From: Opisthocomus hoazin
Taxonomy: Eukaryota
Assembly: GCF_030867145.1 (NCBI RefSeq)
Contig: NC_134414.1
Span: forward strand, 22,806,810 to 22,870,809
Direction of reading: 5' to 3'
Length of the DNA stretch: 64,000 bases
In this document: positions 38,036-51,077 of the stretch, piece after piece
Layout of the letters: every line of letters begins with the position of its first letter
Numbering within the stretch: the first letter of the stretch is position 1
Notes under the pieces: model-generated
The model's input: the letters and a program-made list of their open reading frames with translations, nothing else
The model's database searches: none
What the model was told of the DNA's origin: nothing
Program-made: the position numbers and the translations under genes

Positions 38036-38231
38036 GCTTGTATGCTTGTATTCCAACCGGAGTTTGAAACAGCACACGAAGAAGTGCATCTGTCCAGTGA
38101 AATTATTATTTTATTAGATTGCTCGAATTCTATGGCAGGTTCAGCTCTACACCAAGCAAAGCAGATTGCTTTACGTGCTTTGGAACTATTTTGTTTCAGA
38201 CAAAGAGTGAACATAGTCAAATTTGGCACAA
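38036..38231 (+). CDS. PARP4: PARP4 coding exon (start of the vWA domain, with MIDAS-like motif DCSNS), ACMLVFQPEFETAHEEVHLSSEIIILLDCSNSMAGSALHQAKQIALRALELFCFRQRVNIVKFGT plus A. Donor is GTGAGT at 38232.
   Basis: ORF 38042..38260. Matches human ACMLVFQPDLDVDLPDLASESEVIICLDCSSSMEGVTFLQAKQIALHALSLVGEKQKVNIIQFGT (recalled). Confidence 0.85.
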
Positions 38232-38469
38232 GTGAGTTTCTCTATTACCTTTTTACGTGAGAGCTACCTTTCACCTTCTTGCTATGGCTTAATTTTATGC
38301 ACGTCATTACTGTCAAACCAGCATAATACACTGAACTGCAGCCAGGAACGTGTAACTGTGTGGAATATTTCTGCTGTGATATTCCAGTCATAAAACTTAA
38401 ACTTGTGTTTCCATATTGTTGCTACATGCTTAATATTTTAATACTCTTAATGTCAATGTTTATTCACAG

Positions 38470-38540
38470 ATTTCACAGAATTTTCTTCTTGTTCAATGAA
38501 CATTGTAAATGATTTGGCATCACAGAAGGAGTTTATTACA
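38470..38540 (+). CDS. PARP4: PARP4 coding exon (vWA), (N)FTEFSSCSMNIVNDLASQKEFIT. Donor is GTAAGT at 38541.
   Basis: Matches human GYKELFSYPKHITSNTMAAEFIMS (recalled). The phase-1 entry from the previous exon gives an open frame. Confidence 0.7.
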
Positions 38541-39940
38541 GTAAGTAAATCACTTTGGTTGTATTCTAAAGAATGCTTCTTTGTATGCGATGCTTATAAT
38601 TGCAAAACTCTGTTATGCAACTTTTCCTCTTTCTTTGTTTTTCTTTAGGCCAGCTTCGAAGATTTTTCTGTAGTTTAGTCTGTTTTCCCTAGTAACAAGC
38701 ACAGCCACATCTGAATATTAATTCCAGTTTGGTTTTAAGTCATTACTTAAGTTGTTATTTTGAAGCTGAGCAGCTATCAGTGTTAGGACATTTTTCAATG
38801 TTTCCCCCTAAATTTATCTTTTGGAGTTTCATACCTCTCATTGCTGGCTCACAGCAGAAAGAGCGGAAATGATTGACTTCCTTCTGGAAATCTAGAATTT
38901 GTAAGTGAAAGCAGCACTTAGGCCAGAGGACTTTCAGTGAAAAGGAAGATGCTTTTGGTGCCAAAAGATCAGATGTAGCCTACTTAGGACAGCAGGTTTT
39001 GCTTAGTACTGTATCTTGTCAGTGCCAGAAGTTAGTAGGCTTCTCATCTGTAACTAAAGGTCCTTGATGCTAGATAATGCATAAGATTCTAACACAATGG
39101 ATGTCTTGGATGTGAATAGTCCTTTTTAAATGGTAGCCCAGTGTTCAGCAGCAGTCAGGAAGGTAAACACTTACCTAGCTACATAAATCTGTATTGCTAT
39201 GGCATCCTGAGTACTGTATGCGCTTCTGGTCACTGCACTTCAAAGAGACGAGCTAGAGAGACAAAAACCAAAGGTGGCCAGATGCATGGAAGACCTGCTG
39301 TACAAGGAGAGGATTTGTTCTCATTTTTTTTAACCTCTGTTGAATCCTTACGCAGTAATCTCTTTTCCAGGATAAACAGAGGAAAAGAGGAATAGGGGGA
39401 TGATTACTTTCTGTGTCTCACCTCTTAAGGATCACAGGACACCCAGCAAAACAAGCAATCAGCAGTTATAAAGCAAAAACCAAACAGTCCTTTCCATGCA
39501 TAATAAGTAGTGGAACTTTTTGTCATGCTTGATGTTGAGGCTAAACTGTAATTCAGTTCAGGAAGTGCAGTAGGCAAATTAAGAGCTCTCAGTAGCTTTT
39601 AGATGCAATAGTCTGGATGAAAACTCCAGTTCAATAAGTCCCCAAACCACTGATTACTGCAAGCTCTGAAAACAATATAGGAGTAGAACTGACCATTTTT
39701 CTTACCTGTTTTGCCTATGCCTTTTGCCTAAGCCAGAGAAAATACAGGACTAGATGGACCTTAAGCTCTGTCTTTAACAGTAATTATAAAGAGGAGGAAG
39801 AAATAAAGCTTAAGAATTAATTATTTATATTTGTAAACCAGGAGTCATATATAATGAAATAAAGGTTAAATTATACATTATATGCTATTTTAGGAAAAAA
39901 AAAATAAATTAAAACTAAATTGTAATACTTTACTTTTCAG

Positions 39941-40128
39941 TCTGCTACCGCGACATTGGGAAACACTGACTTATGGAAGACCTTACGTTACTTAAGTCTG
40001 CTATTTCCTTCTCAAGGATACCGTAACATTCTTCTTATATCAGATGGACACATTCAGAATGAGAGTGTGACCTTCCAGATTGTGAAAGATAATGTCCACC
40101 ATACAAGGTTATTTACATGTGGTGTTGG
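39941..40128 (+). CDS. PARP4: PARP4 coding exon (vWA), SATATLGNTDLWKTLRYLSLLFPSQGYRNILLISDGHIQNESVTFQIVKDNVHHTRLFTCGV plus GG. Donor is GTAAGT at 40129.
   Basis: Matches human ATPTMGNTDFWKTLRYLSLLYPARGSRNILLVSDGHLQDESLTLQLVKRSRPHTRLFACGI (recalled). Confidence 0.9.
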
Positions 40129-42174
40129 GTAAGTACAATAAGTTAGGTAGCAATTGCATTTGTTTAAAATCACTGATAATTTATTTGAAGTGAGAGGTTA
40201 ATAAACTGAGAACTGTCAGGTGCCTGAGTACTGTCTTAAATACATGTGTATGTTTAGAGTAAATGCAGAAATGTTTGTCTACCATTAAAAGTGGAATGGA
40301 AGATCTGTAAGGCATTTCAAAGGTAAGATGCCTACAATAACATTAATTCCATGTCCATGTAGTCTTACCTATTCATATCTTTCTTCGTTACAACTATACT
40401 ATTTAAGAATATAATTGGAAAATACATCAGTTACATTTTGAAACTTTGCATTTCATGTTTTGATATAGTCTCATTTTAGTAGTGCAATTTCAGTGCAACA
40501 TTAGTAGGTGTATAATTTTATTATTTAATTTTCATTTGCTTTGTAAGGTAATTACTTATAGACTTCTCAAAGATTAGAGGAACAGGAAAAACCTCACTGA
40601 AATTCATTTCAATGTAGTTTGACTGTTTTCAGTAACAATAAACTAGAAAGATATGTACATGACTGAAATACTTAAAAAAAAAAAAAAGGGAGGGGTTATA
40701 GTTAAATATTTCAGGTTGTGAGGCATAAATGGGAAAGGGTCAGGGAGGTGTTAGGTTCTTACCAGATCCTGGGAGGACTGGCAAGGATAAATCAAAATAA
40801 AGATCAGCGGTGAGGGTCACATTCTTCTAGGACTGTTTTTTTTTAATGACACTTTAACCATAGCTCCCGCAGTATTCCCCAGATCTCACAGCTGTGGGCC
40901 CTCGCCCAGCACTGGGCATGCACACCCTTTAGGCCCCGTACCAGACATCCCAGTGCTTTTCCAGAGTAATCATATGCTATGACTGTAATAGAATTTGCAT
41001 CCACACACAATAAAGAAGATGGTATATGTCCATTAGCAGCACACTGACACCATTTTCAACACATTTACATTGCTGTTATGTTCATGTTCAGCATATTTAC
41101 ATTCATTGATTATGGGTTATTGATATGATGGACCCAGGCCAGGCGATGGATTGCCTCAGTGCTGGTAGTCTGAGAGGTTATGGCTTTTAATGGTTCCTCT
41201 AGAGCACTAACATTAATGTGCTGATGTGCAACAATCTGCTTTCAGTAGGCAGGATCTGTATTTAACGTGTTACATTGATAAAGTAATAATGGTGAAGAGG
41301 TGTAAAAGAGAAGTTCGCTCTGGTTCGTACTCTTGTGTAGACAAAGACGGTGTTTTCTAGAAGGCTGAATTAATAGAGAATAATACACCTGTTTTATCTG
41401 TGATCATTCTCTGCAGGTAAATGAAAAAAAAATTACTAAATAGTGCAAGATTTGTACTTTACAGAATTGTGCAAGGCAGCAAAATCTATAAAAATATTTT
41501 TAAAAGAGCAGTAAACTTTCAACCCAAGATACCTTGTGTTCTTAGCACAGATACAAGTGTACTATTTAATTTTGCCTTGAGGGCTTTTGGTGAGGATTCA
41601 CTAGGTCAGTAAGACAGTGGTATGGTCCTGTTGAGGAATGAGTCTGCTTTCTGTCCAGCAAAGATTCAAGACATTCTGTGCTGTTTCTTGCCCAGAAGAA
41701 TTCTCACCTGCTTAACTTTAATCCTCTATGAAGCTCTCATTGGTATATATAGCTGTGAAGTAGCTTCATAGTGGTCTGACTGTTGGTGAGCAGAGCCTGC
41801 TGTTCTGTCAGACTAATAAGTGTTACCATATCAGTTATATCCATGTTGTTCAGACAGTAACATTCCCTAGCTGACACTTGACTTAGCCATAAGATAGCTG
41901 TGTCCATGCTAAATAGCTCTGCTGAGATTAAGGTTAATTAGTTCAAGATCAGGCTCATTTTGATGCAATCTTATTGGTGTTTGAACCTAAGTTAATTTCT
42001 CTGCACAGCTCTGCACTGTGACATGTAAAAACTCGTGTACCTTGTAATTCCCTCAAATATTGTTAGGAAATCTCTAATACAGCAGCACAGTCATTGGCTC
42101 AGTTGCTTTCAGTTGGCCTGTCCCCTGAAAAAGGGATAGAATTTTTAAAATTCAGGTTCAAAAAGCTTTCAGTA

Positions 42175-42440
42175 CTAATTAAATCACAGAATCACAGAAT
42201 CACAGAATAGTAGGGGTTGGAAGGGACCTCTGTGGGTCATCTAGTCCAACCCCCCTGCCGAAGCAGGGTCACCTACAGCAGGCTGCACAGGATCTTGTCC
42301 AGGCGGGTCTTGAATATCTCCAGAGAAGGAGACTCCACAACCTCCCTGGGCAGCCTGTTCCAGTGCTCCGTCACCCTCAGAGGGAAGAAGTTCTTCCTCA
42401 TGTTCAGACGGAACTTCCTGTGCCTCAGTTTGTGCCCATT
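42175..42440 (-). mobile_element. CR1 3'-end fragment in inverse orientation. Its (ATTCTGTG)n terminal microsatellite appears as tcacagaatcacagaatcacagaat, and it lies immediately upstream of a PARP4 exon.
   Basis: ORF 42273..42542 (minus strand) reads ...[55 protein letters not shown], a CR1 ORF2 C-terminus. It is the reverse complement of the motif at 8900-9180. Confidence 0.8.
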
Positions 42441-42521
42441 TGTTTTAAAAACAAAATATTTAGAAAGAGCATCAGGTGAACAGTTTAATTCCATAATTAC
42501 ATAAAGAATTTTTTTTGTTAG

Positions 42522-42621
42522 TTCCACAGCAAATCGACACATGCTGAGATCTTTGTCCCAGTATGGTGCTGGAGCATTTGAATACTTTGACCAGAAATCA
42601 AAGTGTAACTGGGAGGCAAAG
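42522..42621 (+). CDS. PARP4: PARP4 coding exon (vWA), (G)[33 protein letters not shown]. Donor is GTACAT at 42622.
   Basis: Matches human GSTANRHVLRILSQCGAGVFEYFNAKSKHSWRKQ (recalled). Confidence 0.85.
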
Positions 42622-43891
42622 GTACATTTATAAATCTTGAATATATTCGGTATGTGATCATTGTCCGATATATCAATATCTGATACTGCATATCTTCAGT
42701 ATCTGAAAATGAGAGTTACTGCTTTTCACGGCATCACATAGCTTTGCTATTACAATAAGATGGTTCAAGAAGCACTTGATACAAGGTGGAAGGAGAGATG
42801 CTTGTCTATTAAGCCTTCTTTTATTTTTAATATAAATTGATACCAAGTGAGAAAGAGAACTATTTGGTTTGAGTATGGCAAAGGTGCCTTATATTCAGCA
42901 GGAACACGTGTGCTATAGGAAGAGATATGAGAGCTGTAGACGACCCTTAGTTCTTTGATAAGGGAGGGAATTTGTCACTGCAGTTGCCCTACCTTCTCAT
43001 TCAGATTGGTCACTGAATGTGTAAAAGAAAACAAGGAAGCCATGACTTATTTTATTTTTTCTATTGAGAGAGCTCCTGTACTTTTCTTGGTAAGTGTAAT
43101 AACACCAACTTGGAAAAAGTTTAAGAAATTAGAAGCTATATAAATAATTATCCCTGAATGGAAAAATGGGGCTTTATTTCTGCCATAGGTCATAGTCCAT
43201 CTACAACATTGTCCTACATACTCATCCTAGTGATGCCTGTAGCAATTGTATTCTGTAACTTTTGGCTGTTGATACATCTAGAAGTTTCAGGCAATGTAGG
43301 ACCCCATGTGCAATGCTTTTCTGCTTCCCTGTTATGTGTCTACAGCACTATCCTATGCCTTGAATCTGATCCCTCTGGGAACAGTGATAGTAGAGAAGGT
43401 GCTGCAGCAAGGCTAGTATCTGGCATATTTTTTCCTGGGGGAATGGATGAAAGCATTGATTTATGCTCTTGCTATTCTGGCTGTCATTTGGCTGATATAG
43501 GCAGAACTATTCAGAGCTGGCTGTGGAGATGTGCAGAACTGTTGATAGTTCTCAAAGTTCACAGGCAGGCTATGGTGCTAAGTGTAGCAGGCCATATGCC
43601 CCAGCCTGTTTGGCAGCCCTGTGAATAGAAATTTTACTCTCAGATTTCAACTTTCACTTAAAAGAAGTATCATTATTACAGAAGCCAGTACAATAATGGC
43701 TAATTCTGCTTAGTACCTCCAAACATTAGACTCATTTTTACCAGTAATAGTAGGTGACTTATTTTAGTTGTTAAAAAAAAGAAATTAGTTCCATTCACTT
43801 GGGAAATGTGTTATTTTTTATCAAGAGATTTAAATTTTCCTTTGAAAGCCTACTAACAAACAGAGCTAATGTGTTTTGCTTCTTTACACAG

Positions 43892-44062
43892 ATACAGAGC
43901 CAGGTATCTAGAATATTTTCTCCAGGATGCAGTTCAGTTTCTATTAAATGGCAACAGTTTAATACAGGTGCACCAGAGCCAATGCAGGCTCCTGCTCAAA
44001 TACAGTCTTTATTTAACAATGAGAGACTTCTTGTCTATGGATTCATCCCTCACTGTACTCAG
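43892..44062 (+). CDS. PARP4: PARP4 coding exon, IQSQVSRIFSPGCSSVSIKWQQFNTGAPEPMQAPAQIQSLFNNERLLVYGFIPHCTQ. Donor is GTAAAG at 44063.
   Basis: Part of ORF 43799..44110. Matches human IEDQMTRLCSPSCHSVSVKWQQLNPDVPEALQAPAQVPSLFLNDRLLVYGFIPHCTQ (recalled). Confidence 0.9.
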
Positions 44063-44460
44063 GTAAAGACTGGAATACACATGCACTGCTGGATAGAAAT
44101 TCACATGTAAAACAATCTCAAAGGACATATATTGTATTATGTATTCTCTGTGCAGCATGCATTTAGCTTCTTTTTCTTTGCTAAATGTAATCAAGTTAGT
44201 ATGTAATTGTCATTCTTAGTCTTCCTTCTAAGTAGTAGAGAGGAAAATTTACCTAATTTAATGTTCCTATCATTGTGCTTTGATAAATTCAGGATTCCTT
44301 TACTTGTGACTGTCCCCCTGTTGTAAGGATAAATATTTATAAACCTAGACATGCAGAGACTTAGAGATTTGAGTTATATTCAGGAGACAGAACAGCATGC
44401 ACGTGTGCTGGTAACATAGCATGGGAGAGAAGGAAACAGTATTATTTTTTTTTCTTTTAG

Positions 44461-44541
44461 GCCACCTTAAAAGCAGTAATAAATGACGAAGAGCTACAGA
44501 CCATGGTGTCAACTACTGAACTACAGAAGACGACAGGAACA
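44461..44541 (+). CDS. PARP4: PARP4 coding exon, ATLKAVINDEELQTMVSTTELQKTTGT. Donor is GTGAGT at 44542.
   Basis: Matches human ATLCALIQEKEFRTMVSTTELQKTTGT (recalled). Confidence 0.85.
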
Positions 44542-46411
44542 GTGAGTTTGGCCAACATTATTTGTACATGCCATAGTGAGATAAGCTGCTTCTAACAACT
44601 ACCTGCTGCTTCCTGCTCTTTTGAAGGAATTGAAACCCCTGTTTTGAGCAGCTCTTGCACTTTTATTTTTGCTTCTGATGTTTTAACACAGACCTTCAGT
44701 TTTCAGACTTTTAAAGGGAAACTTTTATGTAGAAATGTCACCTTTCTCTGTGCTTTCGAACACAAAACTTAAGCTTCTAAGAACAGGAAGCGCTGCTTCT
44801 TATTTTGGCAGCCTGTTTGGGCTCTAGCTTTATCCTTGGGCTGGCTGTTCTTCAGGTGACCTCTGTGAAGAAGCTGCTGCAGCATTCTTTTTCAAGTTGT
44901 AAATTATTCCTATGTGGAACATCTCATCGCTAGTCTGTTATCTCTAGAAATGTATGGAAAAAGAGACAGTAAAGCGTGACTAGCCCTTTCCTCTGCCTCA
45001 GTGACAATGAAATGGGGAGTCTTTATGCAGAGAAAAGCACAGCACCCATCTTGAAAAGGAAAACAAGCTAGAAAGAACCATTTATTAAATCTAACAGGAG
45101 TCTATACTTGAAAAATCAAAAGAATAGTCAACCTTCAGTAATAACTCTGATATGACTGTCAGCCCTTCCCCACTAAGGGAAGCTGATTTGTTTTCAAATA
45201 GAAATTACTTTGCTCCCTATTTAGTGTAATCTACTTTGAAAGCCACTGTTGTGGGTTGGTTTCCATGGACATGTTGGTTGTGTTGGTTTCCATAAGGACA
45301 GTTGATTTCCAGGGACATGCCCTTCTACAGGCAAATAAAATTGGCAAGCAGAAGCAATGTATTTGCTTGCCATAATGAATTTTTGCTTTTACAAAAATAC
45401 CTGTGCTACAAATTCCAAGTGCAGTTAAAAAAAGAAAGTTTTGAAAGGTGTAAACTGAAATGGCAAAATGATTAAAAAAAGGGTCAAAATTAGAAAAAAA
45501 ATATTAATGCTTGATGCTTTAGATGAACTCTGAGAATCCCTATTTGTTTCTTTTGCCAGTCTGCCTTAGCTCAAAAAGTAACTGCTTAAGAGGTTTTATG
45601 CAGAAGTGGCTCTCTTTGGCATCTATCATATTCTTCCAAAAATGAGCCAGTGGGAATGTTTTGGCAATTGGAACTGGAATACAGCTGCGCTTTACCACAT
45701 TGTCCCCACAAAGCTCCCTCTTTTTGTTAGCTTGAACATACCGAAGAGACCAAAATTGTTTTTCTGTTCTATGAAATACTGATTTAGTTCAAAAAAGTAA
45801 TTTCTGGTTAGTACAGTTCAGTATTTCCCTTTTCTGTGTACAACCCCTCAGAGGTCAAAAATTATATGATTATGGTGATATGATGATTTCTTTTAAAGTT
45901 GAACACACTAGACTTATTTTAATTTTCCGCAAAATTCTGTGTTTTTAAGGACAGGATCAATTTACCTAATTTCACCTATATAGATATTGTTTAAATCTGA
46001 GCTAGTTGTCCAGGCTCTGTTTACAGTCACTGGAGAAAACTGTATACATCCAGAAGGGACATTCTTCATACCTGTTTTAGTTAGCTGTTTCAAGTTGGGA
46101 TTAATTGTCTGGGGGAGTTTTTCTGTTTGTTTGCGTGCTTGCTTTTTTTTTCCTCACCCTTGACTCTAGAGAGAATGTGCACAACGAGTAGACTTGCATA
46201 TTTTTTAGTTAGCTAAATTAAGTGAAATAAAATGTACCTTAGGTGCAGGTTGTAATCGCTTTTCAAATGGAAAATTAGCTTGACCCTTCCTTAGAAAATG
46301 GGATTCTGTGTAAATATGGAAGCTAACTGCCTGAAGCTGGACCTCATAAATGAAGCGAAGAATTTAAAAAAAGTTACTACTCTTTTGTCATCAGTTTTAT
46401 TTTCTTTCCAG

Positions 46412-46492
46412 GTGCTGCACAAACTCGCAGCAAAAGCTTTCATTAATGACTATGAAGATGGAATTCTTCATGAGAATGAAACAGAACATGAG
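46412..46492 (+). CDS. PARP4: PARP4 coding exon, VLHKLAAKAFINDYEDGILHENETEHE. Donor is GTTTGA at 46493.
   Basis: Matches human MIHKLAARALIRDYEDGILHENETSHE (recalled). Confidence 0.85.
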
Positions 46493-47281
46493 GTTTGATA
46501 ATCTGAAATAAAAAGTATATGTTTAAAATGCTAAATAGCAAACATTTCAGTGGAATAGAGAAGATTTTCTTGCTTGTTAAACATAACTAGAAGGTTGCAA
46601 TCCTAATACCATTTTAAGGTTAAAGTCACCATATAGTAATATCTCCCCAGATAAGATTTTGAAAAATTTTGGGACAATCTTTTCTTCTTCCCCATTATCA
46701 GAATGTCCTCTGCTGGAATAATGTGTGCATATTTTTCCTAATCTGTACCCTGTCATTGTTGGCCATTGATGATTCTTCTTTTCCTGTAATATCTAATGTT
46801 TTAGTTTCGTGAAGGTCAATACATAATAGTCCAGCAAAAGTCTGTAGCTTTTGTAGAGGATATGGTGGAAGATAATGACCTGTGTTTTACAGATAGACAG
46901 ACTTAATGATGTGAGGATCTGTTGAAAAAAAAGGCTTTTAGCTAGTTAAAAACCTACCATATCATCATCTTATTTGACACTTTAGACTAATTCTTATAAA
47001 ATACAGCTTTGTCTTACACTAGAAGAAGGATAGAAACAAAAGACGAAACAACTAGACAAAATGCATGTTCCTGCCCAAAGCTGAGTGAGGGAGTAGAGAA
47101 AGTTAAAAGGGAGTAGACAGTTAGGCAGGCCAGTATATTCACATGAGCTCTTCCTTTTACATATCCCTATTTAGAGTGCGTAAGTGTGTTTTTAGGAATG
47201 TGTTCCATTTTGACATCAACATTTCTTTTAGCTGATCATGTTTTCTCTGCCTGTTTCTTTTGTTAATACTTAACAATCTAG

Positions 47282-47377
47282 ATGAAGAAACAAATCTTGA
47301 AAAACATGATTATTCACCTCAGCTTGGAGAACTCAATTATAAGCCAGTTTACAAGCTTCATTGCAGTTGAGAAAAGG
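47282..47377 (+). CDS. PARP4: PARP4 coding exon, MKKQILKNMIIHLSLENSIISQFTSFIAVEKR. Donor is GTATGT at 47378.
   Basis: Matches human MKKQTLKSLIIKLSKENSLITQFTSFVAVEKR (recalled). Confidence 0.85.
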
Positions 47378-48319
47378 GTATGTTTTCTATATAATGTCTT
47401 TTTGCCATTAGCTTCTCTGTCAAAAGACTCTAAATTCTGTAACCTTGTACCTATCAAAACCAGTCTTCCTTTTGCTGAACAATGATAATCCTTTTACAAC
47501 AGAGCTAAAACTATTATTTTTTACATTGTTTTGGTTTCTTCTGCAATATAGCAAGTTATTTGCTTTTCTGTCTCTTATATTGCTTGTCGTTACTTTACAG
47601 TCAAAGTTTGTCAATCTGTGTGTTCCTGTTGTGATTTGCTACAAGGGTGTGTAATTCCTGATAGTGCTGTGGGAGCCAGACAAGTCAAAGGAGAAGGCCA
47701 GATGACGAGTACTCTTCAATCCTTGGTGCATAAGCCACAGAACCCTTTCTCATAAAAAGTAAGAATGACGAACTATAGCAAACTGGCCACTCTAGCCATG
47801 GATTGCTGAAGTAATGGATTTTGTATTGGCTGAAGTCATTCTAGGGGAGTCCGTGTCAGGTGGAAGTCACAAGAGAAGCAAAACTTGAAAAATCTCTCTT
47901 TAATATTGAAGTAAACTATGGAACTTTTTCATTTGTTTTCGATATTAGAACAGTGGTAGGAGAAACAAAAGCTTTGCAGCAAATGGCAAGAAATACATAT
48001 AAATGACAACCCTGAAATTCAAGGGTGAGTAAGAAGAGTTTTCAAATGGAAAGCTGTATCATGATAAGCAAGATGGTATCAGTTCGATTAATTATTAGAT
48101 GGGGCACAGAGAATGGGAACTCATCTGACCAAACACATGTGTGTACATTTAGCAATAAATCAGTCACATTTGCATTCCTCTCATGGTCAATGGAAACAAA
48201 TAGCTATTTCTAGAGCTTGATTAATCTCTTCCTTAACTTAAATACCTAAAACAGTTCAGATTAATTTTCTCAAGAGGTCTTTTTCTCAGCACTGATTGTA
48301 GGGGTTACATATAGCCACT

Positions 48320-49645
48320 GTTCCAGGTTCAAGGATCACCTCCTCCAAGCTCAAGAGCAGTCTATCCCAATGAACAGGAAGTCAGGCAAAAATGCCGGGA
48401 GGACTGGCATGGACAAAGATGAACAAGGAGCTCCTGGAAAAACTCAAACATAAAAAGGAAATATACTGACAGTGGAAGCAGGGCCAGGTAGCCTGGAAGG
48501 AATATAAAAAACCTATCTGAGCATGCAGAGACACCGTTAGGAAAGCTGAAGTCCTCATGGAGTTGAATCTGGCAAGGGATGTCAAAGACCACATGAAGGG
48601 CTTCTCTAAGTATGTAACTGGCAAAAGGAAGACTAGGGAAAATATAGGCCTGCTCCTGCATGGGGCAGGGGAACTGGTGACACATGACATGGAAAAGTCT
48701 GCAGTACTGAACGCCTTTGTTGCCTCAGCCTTTACTAGCAAGACCAAGCTTTGGAAATTCAAGGCCCCAGAGAGCAGGGGGGAAAGTTTAGAGCATTGAA
48801 GATGTACCCTTGGTGGAAGATGATCAGGTCATGGAATACTTAAGCGAACTGGACATACGTAAGTCCATGGGCCCTGGTGGGATGCATCCATGTCTGCAGA
48901 GAGAGCTGGCTGATGTCATTGCGAAGCCACTCTCAGAAACCTTTGAATGATCATGGCAATTGGGAGAATTGCCCAAAGACTGGAGGAAAGCCAATGTCAC
49001 TCCAGTCTTCAAAAAGGGCAAGAAGGAGGACACAGGGAACTACAGGCTGGTCAGCCTCACCTTGATCCCTGGGAAGGTGGTGGAGCAGCTAATCCTGGAA
49101 GCCATTTCCAGGCACATGAAGGATAAGAAAGTCATCAGAAGTAGCCAACATGGATTCACCATGGGGAAGTCATGCTTGACCAACTTGATAAACTTTGAAG
49201 ATGAAATGACTAACGTGGTAGATGAGGGGAGAGCAGTGGATATTGTCTATCTGGACTTCAGTAAGGCTCTTGACACTGTCTCCCAAATGATGCTCATACA
49301 GAAGCTGGTGAAGTATGGGCTGGATGAGCAGGCAGTGAGGTGGATTGAAAACTGGCTGAATGGCCAGGCCCAAAGGGTGGTGGTCAGTGGCAGGAAGTCT
49401 AGTTGGAGTCCAGAGGCTACCGATGTACTCCAGGGACCAATACTGGAGCCTGTCCTGTTCAAAATCTTCATTGGTATTCTGGATGATGGGTCAGAGTTGT
49501 ACCTTCAGAAGCAAGTTTGCTAATGATACAAAACTGGGAAGAGTGGCTGATACACCAGAGGGTCATGCTGCCATCCAGAAGTACCTTGATAGGCTGGAGA
49601 AATGGACTGACAGGAACCTTGAGAAGTTCAAAAAGGAGAACTTTT
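48320..49645 (+). mobile_element. CR1 LINE internal fragment (end of the ORF2 endonuclease region through the reverse-transcriptase core) with frameshifts and stops. It has no CR1 3' tail.
   Basis: ORF 48960..49523 has RT motifs (...RLVSLTLIPGKVVEQLILEAISRHMKDKKVIRSSQHGFTMGKSCLTNLINFEDEMTNVVDEGRAVDIVYLDFSKALDTVS...). ORF 49360..49713 reads FANDTKLGRVADTPEGHAAIQKYLDRLEKWTDRNLEKF, which aligns with the CR1 copies at 8330 and 11879. Confidence 0.8.
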
Positions 49646-50927
49646 ACAGCTTTTTGCAGTATCCAAAACAGTTCTTTCATCATCACAATTTGCTATTTCA
49701 TGTGGCATATTAAGTAAAAATAGGCCTGAATGAAGAATTTAATGGAGATGCTGGATAAAACAAGGATACCTTTTCCTATTTTTACTGTTTCGTCTTGGTG
49801 TCAACATTATCATGAAAAAAACAATACCAGTAGCATATGTACATTATAAGAGTAAGATTTTTCTGGAAATACTGCTTTTCTGAGTAACAACTCCAACATT
49901 TGCAATTAAAGATCAAAAGACAGACATGCATTCCAAAAATACCATCTGATTACAAAGCAACTATAAAATGGAATGCTGTGAGGTTACTAGAAATTCCCAG
50001 GTCAAGGACTACTTTTCAGAATAAGATAACTCAACTGGGTCAATTTAAATGTCTTTCTGTAATGCCACCTGAGTATTCCATCTGGTACATAACAGAAGCA
50101 ATATTCAGAAGAAAAAATGTGTTGCAGGTTAGCAAGAGAACACCTGTGTGATTTTGTAAGCTACTTGTTTACGAAGGGTGTCAACAGATTATTATCTGTC
50201 ATTCTGATTTTTATATATCTGTTTTTGCAGTTTTTCAGGAGATTCAGTTTCCCTTTGTCGATATGATGCCTTTCAGGAGAAACAAACTTCTAGAATGTTA
50301 TATTTGAATTACAACTGCAAATATAAGAGCTGTAATCTCATTTCTAGTCTAGGATGACTTTTTTAACCCAGTGGAACAAAACAGGAACAGTGGAACAAAA
50401 GTGGAACTTTTTTGACCCAGGAACAAAACATTGCAGACATCTTAAAGCAAAAGCACCTAGACAACACAGTGCAGTGCCATGTAGAAATACCCAGATTACC
50501 CCATTCAGCTTGGCACTGTATTAGGCTGTGTAATTTGAAGTCTTAACATGATTTTTCAGAATGCAATGTATTTTAAGCACAACTATAATAATGCTTATGT
50601 TTGCTTTCCTTTAAAGGGTGGCAATAGGATTCTGACAAAAAAAACTGCCTAAGATTTGGATTTCTATTTGTTATGTGCATTTGAACAAATCATACATACA
50701 AATATACAATGACCACCTTTATATCTCATGTGACATTAGTTACTCACAATACACTGTCCCTCAATACAGTAAAAAATGTGAAGTTAAATTTACTGGGTAT
50801 TTTTAATGTGCTGCGTTATCTGCTTATTGCCTGTTTTCAACACATCTCAAACTCACAAAGAAAAATGCACTGATTTTCTCATGCCAGGGAATTTTCAGAT
50901 TCGTAACTGTGATGCATTTTAATTTAG

Positions 50928-51077
50928 GATGCTGATGAAACTTGTTCTGCTGATGCTCCAGACATCCTGGAAATCATAGCTGAAGAAGATGTAGATTTTT
51001 TACCTTACATGAACTGGGACCGAACATCAGTGGAATCTGGCTGCTTATTTTCAAAAGGAGCTGCCTTTGGTGGCCCG
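50928..51077 (+). CDS. PARP4: PARP4 coding exon, DADETCSADAPDILEIIAEEDVDFLPYMNWDRTSVESGCLFSKGAAFGGP. Donor is GTAACT at 51078.
   Basis: Matches human ...ELIAKEDVDFLPYMSWQGE (recalled). Phase 0 at both ends. Confidence 0.75.

Noticed and set aside
43158-43628. 156-aa ORF in the PARP4 intron upstream of the 43892 exon
   Set aside because: It has no recognisable domain, is hydrophobic and low-complexity, carries no splice signals linking it in frame to the flanking PARP4 exons, and sits in intronic sequence. It is probably a chance ORF.
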